The position numbers were made by a program, and so were the translations under genes. Positions 18,459 to 31,391 of a stretch of 51,169 bases of DNA are shown piece by piece (within the stretch, counting starts at the first letter, position 1; every line of letters starts with the position of its first letter). Origin of the DNA: a virus (taxonomy: Duplodnaviria > Heunggongvirae > Uroviricota > Caudoviricetes). Location of the stretch: IMG/VR virus record IMGVR_UViG_2526164628_000012; one strand, written 5' to 3'. The notes beneath the pieces are model-generated. The model worked only from the letters and a program-made list of their open reading frames with translations, was not told the DNA's origin and ran no database searches.

Positions 18459-19345
18459 TGCCACTGCTGGATAAGCTGCGTAAGCTGTACGGGGTCGGAC
18501 CGGTATGCAGTGAACTACATATTGCCCCGTCAACGTATTACCACTGTCAGCAACAGCGACATCATCCTGATAAACGCAGTGCCCGTGCGCAGCGCGATGA
18601 CTGGCTGAAGAAAGAGATACTGCGCGTATACGATGGGAATCATCAGGTATACGGTGTGCGTAAAGTCTGGCGTCAGTTGTTACGGGAAGGAATCAGGGTA
18701 GCCAGATGTACAGTGGCGCGCCTCATGGCGGTTATGGGACTTGCCGGTGTTCTCCGGGGTAAAAAGGTCCGCACTACCGTCAGCCGGAAAGCCGTTGCCG
18801 CAGGCGACCGCGTAAACCGTCAGTTTGTGGCAGAACGTCCTGACCAGTTGTGGGTGGCTGATTTTACTTACGTCAGCACATGGCAGGGGGTCGTCTATGT
18901 GGCGTTCATCATTGATGTGTTTGCCGGATACATCGTGGGGTGGCGGGTCTCATCGTCTATGGAAACGACATTCGTGCTGGATGCTCTGGAGCAGGCGTTA
19001 TGGGCCCGTCGACCGTCCGGCACAGTCCATCACAGTGATAAAGGTTCTCAGTATGTATCGCTGGCCTACACACAGCGGCTTAAGGAAGCCGGATTACTGG
19101 CATCAACAGGAAGTACTGGTGACTCGTATGACAACGCGATGGCGGAGAGCATCAATGGCCTTTACAAAGCGGAGGTAATACACCGTAAGAGCTGGAAAAA
19201 CCGGACAGAAGTGGAACTGGCCACACTCACGTGGGTGGACTGGTATAACAATCGACGATTGCTGGAAAGGCTGGGCCATATCCCACCGGCAGAAGCAGAA
19301 AAAGCTTATTATGCTTCCATCGGAAACGATGATCTGGCAGCCTGA
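18455..19345 (+). CDS. IS3-family transposase OrfB (DDE), 296 aa
   Basis: DDE integrase-like catalytic ORF overlapping orfA. Confidence 0.8.
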   Translation: MMPLLDKLRKLYGVGPVCSELHIAPSTYYHCQQQRHHPDKRSARAQRDDWLKKEILRVYDGNHQVYGVRKVWRQLLREGIRVARCTVARLMAVMGLAGVLRGKKVRTTVSRKAVAAGDRVNRQFVAERPDQLWVADFTYVSTWQGVVYVAFIIDVFAGYIVGWRVSSSMETTFVLDALEQALWARRPSGTVHHSDKGSQYVSLAYTQRLKEAGLLASTGSTGDSYDNAMAESINGLYKAEVIHRKSWKNRTEVELATLTWVDWYNNRRLLERLGHIPPAEAEKAYYASIGNDDLAA

Positions 19346-19903
19346 GTTCACAGATAAAACACTCTCCAGGAAACCCGGGGCGGTTCAGTGCCAGTCAGTG
19401 GCAGTTACCGAACGAGGGTGATTACAATAAATTGCAGGCGTTGTTTGCGCGTGTTGCGGCAGAAAAACATCAGCGCGGGGAACTGGAAAAGCCACACCAC
19501 CAGCTGGTCAGCACATACAGTGAGCTGAACCGGCAGTATACGGAACTGCTGAGTGAATATAAAAATTTGCGGCGGTATTTCGGTGTGACGGCGCAGGTTC
19601 CGTACACCGATGTCTGGACGCATAAACCGGTGCAGTACTATCCAGGGAAACATCCGTGCGAAAAACCGGCAGAAATGCTGCAGCAGATAATCAACGCGAG
19701 CAGTCGTCCGGGAGACCTGGTTGCAGATTTTTTTATGGGTTCAGGTTCAACGGTAAAAGCGGCGATGGCACTGGGGCGTTGTGCGATTGGTGTTGAGCTG
19801 GAGACCGGACGTTTTGAACAGACAGTCAGGGAAGTTCAGGATTTAATCGTTTGAAACGGATGAGATTGCAGAATTAATTACGCACCATTATTATTCTGCT
19901 CCC

Positions 19904-19979
19904 GGCCCTTTAGCTCAGTGGTGAGAGCGAGCGACTCATAATCGCCAGGTCGCTGGTTCAAATCCAGCAAGGGCCACCA
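19904..19979 (+). tRNA. tRNA with CAU anticodon (Ile2/Met-type, ileZ-like)
   Basis: Cloverleaf folded by hand: acceptor GGCCCTT/AAGGGCC, anticodon loop CTCATAA, CCA end. Confidence 0.8.
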
Positions 19980-19986
19980 TCACATA

Positions 19987-20063
19987 CCGCCATTAGCTCA
20001 TCAGGATAGAGCGCCAGCCTTCGAAGCTGGTTGCGCGGGGTTCGAGTCCTCGATGGCGGTCCA
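19987..20063 (+). tRNA. tRNA-Arg (anticodon UCG)
   Basis: Acceptor CCGCCAT/ATGGCGG, anticodon stem CCAGC/GCTGG with loop CTTCGAA, TTCGAGT T-loop, CCA end. Confidence 0.75.
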
Positions 20064-20076
20064 TTATCTGTACCCT

Positions 20077-20153
20077 GCGTTGTTAGCTCAGCCGGACAGA
20101 GCAATTGCCTTCTAAGCAATCGGTCACTGGTTCGAATCCAGTACAACGCGCCA
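20077..20153 (+). tRNA. tRNA-Arg (anticodon UCU)
   Basis: Acceptor GCGTTGT/ACAACGC, anticodon loop CTTCTAA, TTCGAAT T-loop, CCA end. Confidence 0.8.
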
Positions 20154-20328
20154 CGCTTATTTTTCCAGGCTCGCTTCGGCGGGCCTTTTTCATATCCGCG
20201 CCACGCCCGGCGCACATCAAAAAACCACAGAGCCTTTCAGGGGTGAGCTTACGGGATGGTCAGTGTGACTTTCTCTGTGGGCTGGTCACCCCCGGGCGCA
20301 GGCTCACCCACTAAAAGGAAAAGTCACG

Positions 20329-20754
20329 ATGTTTGGTATTTTCAAAAAGAAAACCCGCAAGGTCATTACCGAGGTGAAGAAGATGGAGAACCGTGACGCA
20401 GTGGAGGCGACCGTCTGGGGCGCGTACTCCATTGCATACGCTGACGGCACCTGTGACGCGAAAGAAATCGCGGTACTGGAAAAAACCATTGCAGCACTTC
20501 CTGTCTTTGCGCCGTTCTCCGGTGAGATTGCACAAATGAGTGCAAATATCCGCGCCCGTTATGAAGCGTCGCCGCGTTCTGCCAATGCCGAAGCTCTTCG
20601 TCAGCTGGCTGATGTTGCCGGTACTGATGATGCAGTTAATGTGCTGTGCCTGTGTCTGGATATCGCTGACCAGGACGGTATCGGTCAGGAAGAAGAAGCG
20701 CAACTGAAGAAAATTGCGCAGGCGCTGCAGTTGCCGCTGGAGCAGTACCTGTGA
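20329..20754 (+). CDS. TerB-like domain protein, 141 aa
   Basis: Pattern resembles tellurite-resistance TerB family (paired DG/acidic helices); good RBS AAGGAAAAG; sits where stx lies in Stx phages. Confidence 0.4.
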   Translation: MFGIFKKKTRKVITEVKKMENRDAVEATVWGAYSIAYADGTCDAKEIAVLEKTIAALPVFAPFSGEIAQMSANIRARYEASPRSANAEALRQLADVAGTDDAVNVLCLCLDIADQDGIGQEEEAQLKKIAQALQLPLEQYL

Positions 20755-20903
20755 AAAGTGCGCGCCTTGTGCTGGCTGTCATCCTGTTGTTTCTGGTAGT
20801 GGTGGTTGATTTCACCGGACGACTGATGTCGGTGCTGGCAGATGGTGTGCTGGTGGCGATGGCGCTGGTCGTGCTCCGGCCTTTACTGCGTAAATCTGAA
20901 TAA
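20751..20903 (+). CDS. Putative small membrane peptide, 50 aa (GTG start)
   Basis: GTGA overlap with TerB-like stop; very hydrophobic (LVLAVILLFLVVVVDF...VLVAMALVVL); followed by two hairpin terminators. Confidence 0.3.
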   Translation: MKSARLVLAVILLFLVVVVDFTGRLMSVLADGVLVAMALVVLRPLLRKSE

Positions 20904-20913
20904 CATCACACAA

Positions 20914-20976
20914 AAGGCATCTGCGGATGCCTTTGACGGGGTGTTTTTTACGGGTCGCTGGTGGCCCTTTTTTATT
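20914..20976 (+). terminator. Tandem hairpin terminators
   Basis: AAGGCATC TGCG GATGCCTT hairpin and GGGTCGCTGGTGGCCC followed by T-run. Confidence 0.5.
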
Positions 20977-20989
20977 TTCAGGAGGAAGT

Positions 20990-21382
20990 ATGTCTGAACC
21001 CTTATCCGGTTCCGGCACGGCTGCGGCGCTGGGTGGCGCGACGGTATTCGGGCTGTTTACCGGGATGGATTTCGGGATTGTGTTTGGCGCGTTCGCCGGG
21101 GCGTTATTTGTGGCAACGATGCCGCAGTCACTTTCAGTCTGGCGCGTGGTGGCACATTTTCTGGTGTCGTTTATTGTCGGCGTGCTGGGAGCGCGTGTGC
21201 TGTCAGCCTGGATTGCATCAAAAACAGGGTATGACGGTACATCAGCAGATGCGCTTTGCGCGGTGCTGGTCTCGGTGGTGTCGGTGAAGATTCTCTCGTT
21301 CATCCACCAGCAGGATATTGCATCGCTGGTGTCCGGTGTGTTCTCCCGCCTGCGGGGTGGAGGAGGCGGCAATGTTAAGTAA
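20990..21382 (+). CDS. Putative holin, 130 aa
   Basis: Multi-TM Gly-rich membrane protein at start of lysis cassette; strong RBS GGAGGAAG. Confidence 0.5.
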   Translation: MSEPLSGSGTAAALGGATVFGLFTGMDFGIVFGAFAGALFVATMPQSLSVWRVVAHFLVSFIVGVLGARVLSAWIASKTGYDGTSADALCAVLVSVVSVKILSFIHQQDIASLVSGVFSRLRGGGGGNVK

Positions 21383-21647
21383 CCTTCCCGAATTGCTGAA
21401 TGTGGCGTTATGCATGGTTATCGTGCTGACGCTCTTTTTTTATCGTCGCCGTGATTCCAGACATAAACCGCTGGTGTCATGGCTGGCCTGGCTGCTGATG
21501 CTGCTGTATGCCTTTGCGCCCCTCAGCTATCTGTGTGGTCGCCCGTTAGCAACGGGCTGGCTGGAAGTGTTTTTTAATCTGCTGTTCTGCGTGCTGGTGA
21601 TACGCGCACGCGGGAACGTCACAAAAATCTTTCCATTGTTGAGGTGA
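21372..21647 (+). CDS. Second lysis-cassette membrane protein (holin/antiholin-like), 91 aa
   Basis: Three hydrophobic segments; RBS AGGAGG; overlaps holin stop and endolysin start. Confidence 0.45.
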   Translation: MLSNLPELLNVALCMVIVLTLFFYRRRDSRHKPLVSWLAWLLMLLYAFAPLSYLCGRPLATGWLEVFFNLLFCVLVIRARGNVTKIFPLLR

Positions 21648-22027
21648 ATATGCCGGGTAAATTCAGATTCAGCCGTCGCAGTGAAAAAAATCTGGAGGGT
21701 GTCAAACCACAGCTGGTTGCTGTAGTTCGCCGTGCGCTGGAGCTGACGGAGGTTGATTTCGGTATTACGGAAGGCCTGCGCAGTAAGTATCGCCAGAAAC
21801 AGCTGGTTGCGGAAGGGAAAAGCCAGACCATGAACAGCCGCCACCTGACCGGTGATGCGGTGGATGTTGTGGCCTACATTGGCAGTCAGGTGTCATGGGA
21901 GTGGCCTCTGTACGAGAAAATCGCACAGGCATTTAAGCAGGCTGCCGCAGAGCTGGGGATCGCTATCGAATGGGGCGGGGACTGGAAAACGCTGAAAGAC
22001 GGACCTCACTTTCAGCTGAAGCGATAA
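21644..22027 (+). CDS. Endolysin, peptidase M15 family (L-alanyl-D-glutamate peptidase-like), 127 aa
   Basis: Resembles T5-type M15 endolysin (VKPQLVAVVRRALEL...HLTGDAVDV...GGDW). Confidence 0.75.
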   Translation: MNMPGKFRFSRRSEKNLEGVKPQLVAVVRRALELTEVDFGITEGLRSKYRQKQLVAEGKSQTMNSRHLTGDAVDVVAYIGSQVSWEWPLYEKIAQAFKQAAAELGIAIEWGGDWKTLKDGPHFQLKR

Positions 22028-22035
22028 GTAAAACA

Positions 22036-22069
22036 AAACCCCGGCTGGGGGAACAGTCCGGGGTTTTTA
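22036..22069 (+). terminator. Rho-independent terminator after endolysin
   Basis: AAACCCCGG...CCGGGGTTTTT hairpin. Confidence 0.6.
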
Positions 22070-22159
22070 GTTTTCACGTCAAAGGGGAAATTGTGATTAG
22101 TGAGTAGGGAGAAAATCCTCGTGGGAAAGTATAAAAGATTCTTTTTGAGGTTGTCCATT

Positions 22160-22273
22160 ATGAAAGGTATTGAAATGGAAACTCCCGCGAGCCTTGATTT
22201 GACAAGGGCTGCGGCCTTTGCAATTCGCCTTGTGGCGGTCGCTGTTCTGATTTGGGCTGTGCGTTGGTGGTGA
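22160..22273 (+). CDS. Putative 37-aa membrane peptide
   Basis: Hand-found ORF MKGIEMETPASLDLTRAAAFAIRLVAVAVLIWAVRWW; stop immediately precedes next ATG. Confidence 0.2.
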   Translation: MKGIEMETPASLDLTRAAAFAIRLVAVAVLIWAVRWW

Positions 22274-22274
22274 T

Positions 22275-22457
22275 ATGGCGCGAAAACACTGGACACACAG
22301 AATGCCGCGAACGGCGGTGAAACGGGCACTGGTAGCGATACTGGTGCCTTTTTTATTGGTGGGGTGCGTCAGCCTGGATAAGGCGCGCCAGCTTTTCGAT
22401 ACCGCGTCTCAGGTCTGTGAAATTGTCGACGGTGTTCGGCAGTGTCTGCAGAACTGA
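22275..22457 (+). CDS. Putative small lipoprotein, 60 aa
   Basis: Signal-like N-terminus with lipobox-like LVGC. Confidence 0.35.
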   Translation: MARKHWTHRMPRTAVKRALVAILVPFLLVGCVSLDKARQLFDTASQVCEIVDGVRQCLQN

Positions 22458-22628
22458 TCGCCTGTAAGAGCAGAATATTTTGCTGAAAAATGAAGGATGC
22501 GCCAGCGTCCGGTAAGCATGAAATTCTGTGTTTGTGGCTACTCAATAAAATAAATTCTTTCTGTCGCCGCGAATACTCAAATGTTGATCAGTGCCCGGTG
22601 CGGCGACGGGCTTCGATATCAGGAGACG

Positions 22629-23024
22629 ATGATGGAAAAAACAGAAAACAAACCGATTGTAATTGGTGCTGATGCTGCTCCGTTTAAGTTTGAGTTGTCT
22701 CAACTGGTGGAGATGCGTATCAGTGATGAATGGGGTGAGGTTAAAGCCCGCGCGCAGTATGCGGATGGCGAAAACCAGTACTTGATCCACTACAAAGCAG
22801 CTGATGGTCGCGCCACGACGGAGTGGTTTGGTGAGTCAATGCTGGAAGCAACAGAAGATGATCGTCATCCGGGTTGTCCGGTATTTGCCGGTATGAAATT
22901 ACCGGAAGGTGCAGTTGAACTGCAGCCGGGTGAGGTGTTCGTAATGACAGACATCATTGATGGTAAACCGCAGTATTCGCGTATTGAAATGAATAGTAAG
23001 AGTGCTCGCCTGATTCGTGAGTAA
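22629..23024 (+). CDS. Hypothetical protein, 131 aa
   Basis: ATG at 22629 after GGAGA; hairpin terminator follows at about 23030-23070. Confidence 0.45.
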   Translation: MMEKTENKPIVIGADAAPFKFELSQLVEMRISDEWGEVKARAQYADGENQYLIHYKAADGRATTEWFGESMLEATEDDRHPGCPVFAGMKLPEGAVELQPGEVFVMTDIIDGKPQYSRIEMNSKSARLIRE

Positions 23025-23394
23025 CAGGCATTACAGCAGCCCTTCACTCTAAGGGGTTGCTGTAATGTGAGAAATAAAAAACCGGTCACAGGGAGCAGCT
23101 ACACAGAAGCGGCCGGCGAAGACCGCCAATACCACCCATGCATTGATGCAACATACTAATGACAATAGCCGCTATTGATGTAAATGCAATGTTATGCATC
23201 GACGAAAATAAAAAACCGGCAGGGGAAATCCATTGAAGATTTGCCGGTGGCAAAAGAGGGCCATGTTTTTAACCTTAGTCGCAGAGTTACGGAGTGCAAC
23301 TACGAATGCTGCCGGTATATGGCTGAATGGCGTTTCAATGATGTACGTCATCTTATCTGTAAATGTTAATGACAAACGCTCTCATTTGTGCGGG

Positions 23395-23600
23395 TCCTTC
23401 CGGTGGGGTGGCCTGCCACGGGGCGGAAGGCGCGCGGGTTTTCGCTATTTATGAAAATTTTCCGGGGAAAATCATGTCGGTACTTCTCGAACATAACTAT
23501 TTGTTTTTTCTAATATCGAATCCGTAAAAGGTCCGACATGAAAACGCCTAAAAAAGTCATTTTCGGGCACTTTCATGTCGGACCCTGTGTTTGTTGTGAG
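23395..23600 (+). promoter_or_regulatory. cos site (cosN with flanking terminase-binding inverted repeats)
   Basis: ACGGGGCGGAAGGCGCGCGGGTTTTCGCTATTTATGAAAATTTTCCGG resembles lambda cos except for the cohesive-end 12-mer; inverted repeats GTCCGACATGAAA / TTTCATGTCGGAC just upstream of Nu1. Confidence 0.55.
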
Positions 23601-23608
23601 ACTGTTTC

Positions 23609-24128
23609 ATGAAGGTTAATAAAAAGAAACTTGCCGAAATTTTCAACGTGGATCCGCGAACGATTGAACGCTGGCAGTCTCAGGGACTCCCTTGCGTCTC
23701 CGGAGGTGGTAAGGGCGTTGAATCTGTATTTGATACCTCCATGGCAATTCAGTGGTATGCGCAGAGGGAGGCTGATATCGAAAATGAAAAACTCCGTAAA
23801 GAGGTTGAGGATTACAGAGCTGCCAGTGAGGCAGATCTCCAGCCTGGGACTATTGAGTACGAACGCCATCGACTTACGCGTGCGCAGGCCGACGCACAGG
23901 AGCTGAAGAATGCCAGAGACTCCGCAGAAGTGGTGGAAACCGCATTCTGTACTTTCGTGCTGTCACGGATCGCAGGTGAAATTGCCAGTATTCTTGACGG
24001 GATCCCTCTCTCGGTACAGCGGCGTTTTCCGGAACTGGAAAACCGACATGTTGATTTCCTGAAACGGGATATCATCAAAGCCATGAACAAAGCAGCCGCG
24101 CTGGATGAACTGATACCGGGGTTGCTGA

Positions 24129-24154
<26 letters not shown>
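23609..24154 (+). CDS. Nu1: Terminase small subunit Nu1
   Basis: Near-identical to recalled lambda gpNu1. Confidence 0.9.
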
Positions 24155-27835
<3,681 letters not shown>

Positions 27836-27855
<20 letters not shown>

Positions 27856-29155
27856 TCTCCCGCATATTGCCAGTATGGCCTTTAATGAGCCGCTGATGCT
27901 TGAACCCGCCTATGCGCGGGTTTTCTTTTGTGCGCTTGCAGGCCAGCTTGGGATCAGCCGCCTGACGGATGCGGTGTCCGGCGACAGCCTGACTGCCGGA
28001 GAGGCACCCGCGGCGCTGGCGTTATCCGTTGATGATGACGGACCACGACAGGCCCGCAGTTATCAGGTCATGAACGGCATCGCCGTGCTGCCGGTGTCCG
28101 GCACGCTGGTCAGCCGGACGCGGGCGCTGCAGCCGTATTCGGGGATGACCGGTTACAACGGCATTATCGCCCGTCTGCAACAGGCTGCCAGCGATCCGAT
28201 GGTGGACGGCATTCTGCTCGATATGGACACGCCCGGCGGGATGGTGGCGGGGGCATTTGACTGCGCTGACATCATCGCCCGTGTGCGTGACATAAAACCG
28301 GTATGGGCGCTGGCCAACGACATGAACTGCAGTGCAGGTCAGCTGCTTGCCAGTGCCGCCTCCCGGCGTCTGGTCACGCAGACCGCCCGGACAGGCTCCA
28401 TCGGCGTCATGATGGCTCACAGTAATTACGGTGCTGCGCTGGAGAAACAGGGTGTGGAAATCACTCTGATTTACAGCGGCAGCCATAAGGTGGATGGCAA
28501 CCCCTACAGCCATCTTCCGGATGACGTCCGGGAGACACTGCAGTCCCGGATGGACGCAACCCGCCAGATGTTTGCGCAGAAGGTGTCGGCATATACCGGC
28601 CTGTCCGTGCAGGCTGTGCTGGATACCGAGGCTGCAGTGTACAGCGGTCAGGAGGCCATTGATGCCGGACTGGCTGATGAACTTGTTAACAGCACCGATG
28701 CGATCACCGTCATGCGTGATGCACTGGATGCACGTAAATCCCGTCTCTCAGGAGGGCGAATGACCAAAGAGACTCAATCAACAACTGTTTCAGCCACTGC
28801 TTCGCAGGCTGACGTTACTGACGTGGTGCCAGCGACGGAGGGCGAAAACGCCAGCGCGGCGCAGCCGGACGTGAACGCGCAGATCACCGCAGCGGTTGCG
28901 GCAGAAAACAGCCGCATTATGGGGATCCTCAACTGTGAGGAGGCTCACGGACGCGAAGAACAGGCACGCGTGCTGGCAGAAACCCCCGGTATGACCGTGG
29001 AAACGGCCCGCCGCATTCTGGCCGCAGCACCACAGAGTGCACAGGCGCGCAGTGACACTGCGCTGGATCGTCTGATGCAGGGGGCACCGGCACCGCTGGC
29101 TGCAGGTAACCCGGCATCTGATGCCGTTAACGATTTGCTGAACACACCAGTGTAA
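27836..29155 (+). CDS. C: Prohead protease/minor capsid protein C (GTG start)
   Basis: 439 aa from GTG 27836, lambda gpC-like; overlaps B end. Confidence 0.9.
28550..29155 (+). CDS. Nu3: Scaffold protein Nu3 (nested in-frame within C)
   Basis: In-frame ATG at 28550 gives a 606-bp nested ORF ending at the C stop, as in lambda. Confidence 0.7.
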   Translation: MDATRQMFAQKVSAYTGLSVQAVLDTEAAVYSGQEAIDAGLADELVNSTDAITVMRDALDARKSRLSGGRMTKETQSTTVSATASQADVTDVVPATEGENASAAQPDVNAQITAAVAAENSRIMGILNCEEAHGREEQARVLAETPGMTVETARRILAAAPQSAQARSDTALDRLMQGAPAPLAAGNPASDAVNDLLNTPV

Positions 29156-29164
29156 GGGATGTTT

Positions 29165-29497
29165 ATGACGAGCAAAGAAACCTTTACCCATTACCAGCCG
29201 CAGGGCAACAGTGACCCGGCTCATACCGCAACCGCGCCCGGCGGATTGAGTGCGAAAGCGCCTGCAATGACCCCGCTGATGCTGGACACCTCCAGCCGTA
29301 AGCTGGTTGCGTGGGATGGCACCACCGACGGTGCTGCCGTTGGCATTCTTGCGGTTGCTGCTGACCAGACCAGCACCACGCTGACATTCTACAAGTCCGG
29401 CACGTTCCGTTATGAGGATGTGCTCTGGCCGGAGGCTGCCAGCGACGAGACGAAAAAACGGACCGCGTTTGCCGGAACGGCAATCAGCATCGTTTAA
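29165..29497 (+). CDS. D: Head decoration protein D
   Basis: 110 aa, [15 protein letters not shown]..., lambda gpD-like. Confidence 0.9.
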
Positions 29498-29515
29498 CTT
29501 TACCCTTCATCACTA

Positions 29516-29540
29516 AAGGCCGCCTGTGCGGCTTTTTTTA
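29516..29540 (+). terminator. Rho-independent terminator after D
   Basis: GGCCGC CTGT GCGGC followed by T7. Confidence 0.6.
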
Positions 29541-29552
29541 CGGGATTTTTTT

Positions 29553-30578
29553 ATGTCGATGTACACAACCGCCCAGCTGCTGGCGGCAAATGAGCAGAAA
29601 TTTAAGTTTGATCCGCTGTTTCTGCGTCTCTTTTTCCGTGAGAGCTATCCCTTCACCACGGAGAAAGTCTATCTCTCACAAATTCCGGGACTGGTAAACA
29701 TGGCGCTGTACGTTTCGCCGATTGTTTCCGGTGAGGTTATCCGTTCCCGTGGCGGCTCCACCTCTGAATTTACGCCGGGATATGTCAAGCCGAAGCATGA
29801 AGTGAATCCGCAGATGACCCTGCGTCGCCTGCCGGATGAAGATCCGCAGAATCTGGCGGACCCGGCTTACCGCCGCCGTCGCATCATCATGCAGAACATG
29901 CGTGACGAAGAGCTGGCCATTGCTCAGGTCGAAGAGATGCAGGCAGTTTCTGCCGTGCTCAAGGGCAAATACACCATGACCGGTGAAGCCTTCGATCCGG
30001 TTGAGGTGGATATGGGCCGCAGTGCGGCGAACAACATCACGCAGTCCGGCGGCACGGAGTGGAGCAAGCGTGACAAGTCCACGTATGACCCGACCGACGA
30101 TATCGAAGCCTACGCGCTGAACGCCAGCGGCGTGGTGAATATCATCGTGTTTGACCCGAAAGGCTGGGCGCTGTTCCGTTCCTTCAAAGCCGTCAGGGAG
30201 AAGCTGGATACCCGTCGCGGCTCTCATTCCGAACTGGAGACAGCGGTAAAAGACCTGGGCAAAGCGGTGTCTTATAAGGGAATGTATGGCGATGTGGCCA
30301 TCGTCGTGTATTCCGGACAGTACGTGGAAAACGGCGTCAAAAAGAACTTCCTGCCGGACAACACGATGGTGCTGGGTAACACTCATGCACGCGGTCTGCG
30401 CACCTATGGCTGTATTCAGGATGCAGATGCATTGAGTGAGGGTATTAATGCGTCTCCCCGTTATCCGAAAAACTGGAAGACATCCGGCGATCCGGCGCGA
30501 GAGTTCACCATGATTCAGTCAGCACCGCTGATGCTGCTGGCTGATCCTGATGAGTTCGTGTCCGTTCAACTGGCGTAA
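29553..30578 (+). CDS. E: Major capsid protein E
   Basis: 341 aa from ATG 29553, lambda gpE-like. Confidence 0.95.
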   Translation: MSMYTTAQLLAANEQKFKFDPLFLRLFFRESYPFTTEKVYLSQIPGLVNMALYVSPIVSGEVIRSRGGSTSEFTPGYVKPKHEVNPQMTLRRLPDEDPQNLADPAYRRRRIIMQNMRDEELAIAQVEEMQAVSAVLKGKYTMTGEAFDPVEVDMGRSAANNITQSGGTEWSKRDKSTYDPTDDIEAYALNASGVVNIIVFDPKGWALFRSFKAVREKLDTRRGSHSELETAVKDLGKAVSYKGMYGDVAIVVYSGQYVENGVKKNFLPDNTMVLGNTHARGLRTYGCIQDADALSEGINASPRYPKNWKTSGDPAREFTMIQSAPLMLLADPDEFVSVQLA

Positions 30579-30619
30579 TCATGGCCCTTCGGGGCCATTT
30601 TCTCTCTGTGGAGGAGTCC

Positions 30620-31015
30620 ATGACGAAAGATGAACTGATTGCCCGTCTCCGTTCGCTGGGTGAGCAACTGAACCGTGATGTCAGCCTGACGGGGACGAAA
30701 GAAGAACTGGCGCTCCGTGTGGCAGAGCTGGAAGAGGAGCTTGATGACACGGATGACGCAGCCGGTCAGGACACGTCTGTCAGCCCGGAAAATGTGCTGA
30801 CCGTGCATGAAAATGAGGTGGTATCAGCGCAGCCGGATACCGTGACTGATACGGCTGAACTGGTCACGGTCGTGGCACTGGTGACGCTGCATACTGATGC
30901 ACTTCACGCCACGCGGGATGAACCTGTGGCATTTGTGCTGCCGGGAACGGCGTTTCGTGTCTCTGCCGGTATGGCAGCCGAAATGACAGAGCGCGGCCTG
31001 GCCAGAATGCAATAA
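30620..31015 (+). CDS. FI: DNA-packaging protein FI
   Basis: MTKDELIARLRSLGEQL..., lambda gpFI-like. Confidence 0.9.
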   Translation: MTKDELIARLRSLGEQLNRDVSLTGTKEELALRVAELEEELDDTDDAAGQDTSVSPENVLTVHENEVVSAQPDTVTDTAELVTVVALVTLHTDALHATRDEPVAFVLPGTAFRVSAGMAAEMTERGLARMQ

Positions 31016-31026
31016 CGGGAGGCGCT

Positions 31027-31380
31027 GTGGCTGATTTCGATAACCTGTTCGATGCTGCCATTGCCTGCGCCGATGAAACGATACGCGGGTACATGGGAAC
31101 GTCAGCCACCATGACATCCGGTGAGCAGTCCGGTGCTGTGATACGTGGTGTTTTTGATGACCCTGAAAATATCAGCTATGCCGGACAGGGCGTGCGCGTT
31201 GAAGGCTCCAGCCCGTCCCTGTTTGTCCGGACTGATGATGTGCGGCAGCTGCGGCGCGGCGACACGCTGACCATCGGTGAGGAAAACTTCTGGATAGACC
31301 GGATTTCGCCGGATGATGGCGGAAGCTGTCATCTCTGGCTTGGGCGGGGCGTACCGCCTGCCGTTAACCGTCGCCGCTGA
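31027..31380 (+). CDS. FII: Head-tail connector FII
   Basis: 117 aa, lambda gpFII-like. Confidence 0.9.
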   Translation: MADFDNLFDAAIACADETIRGYMGTSATMTSGEQSGAVIRGVFDDPENISYAGQGVRVEGSSPSLFVRTDDVRQLRRGDTLTIGEENFWIDRISPDDGGSCHLWLGRGVPPAVNRRR

Positions 31381-31391
31381 AAGGGGGATGT

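Larger units (their letters stand above)
18078..19387 (+). mobile_element. IS3-family insertion sequence (IS629-like), 1310 bp
   Basis: Ends TGAACCGCCCCGGG...CCCGGGGCGGTTCA (inverted repeats); flanked by direct repeat GTGC; orfA/orfB organisation. Confidence 0.85.
17491..19854 (+). pseudogene. Phage DNA N6-adenine methyltransferase (Dam-like) interrupted by IS629-like element
   Basis: N-terminal part has DPPY motif (IVTDPPYF); C-terminal part (19388-19854) has FxGSGST SAM motif; the two parts join in frame when the IS and one TSD copy are removed (about 349 aa). Confidence 0.8.

Noticed and set aside
20160-20990. Possible Shiga toxin genes downstream of the tRNA cluster
   Set aside because: No ORF resembling stxA (about 319 aa) or stxB (about 89 aa) is present; the interval holds a TerB-like gene and a small membrane ORF.
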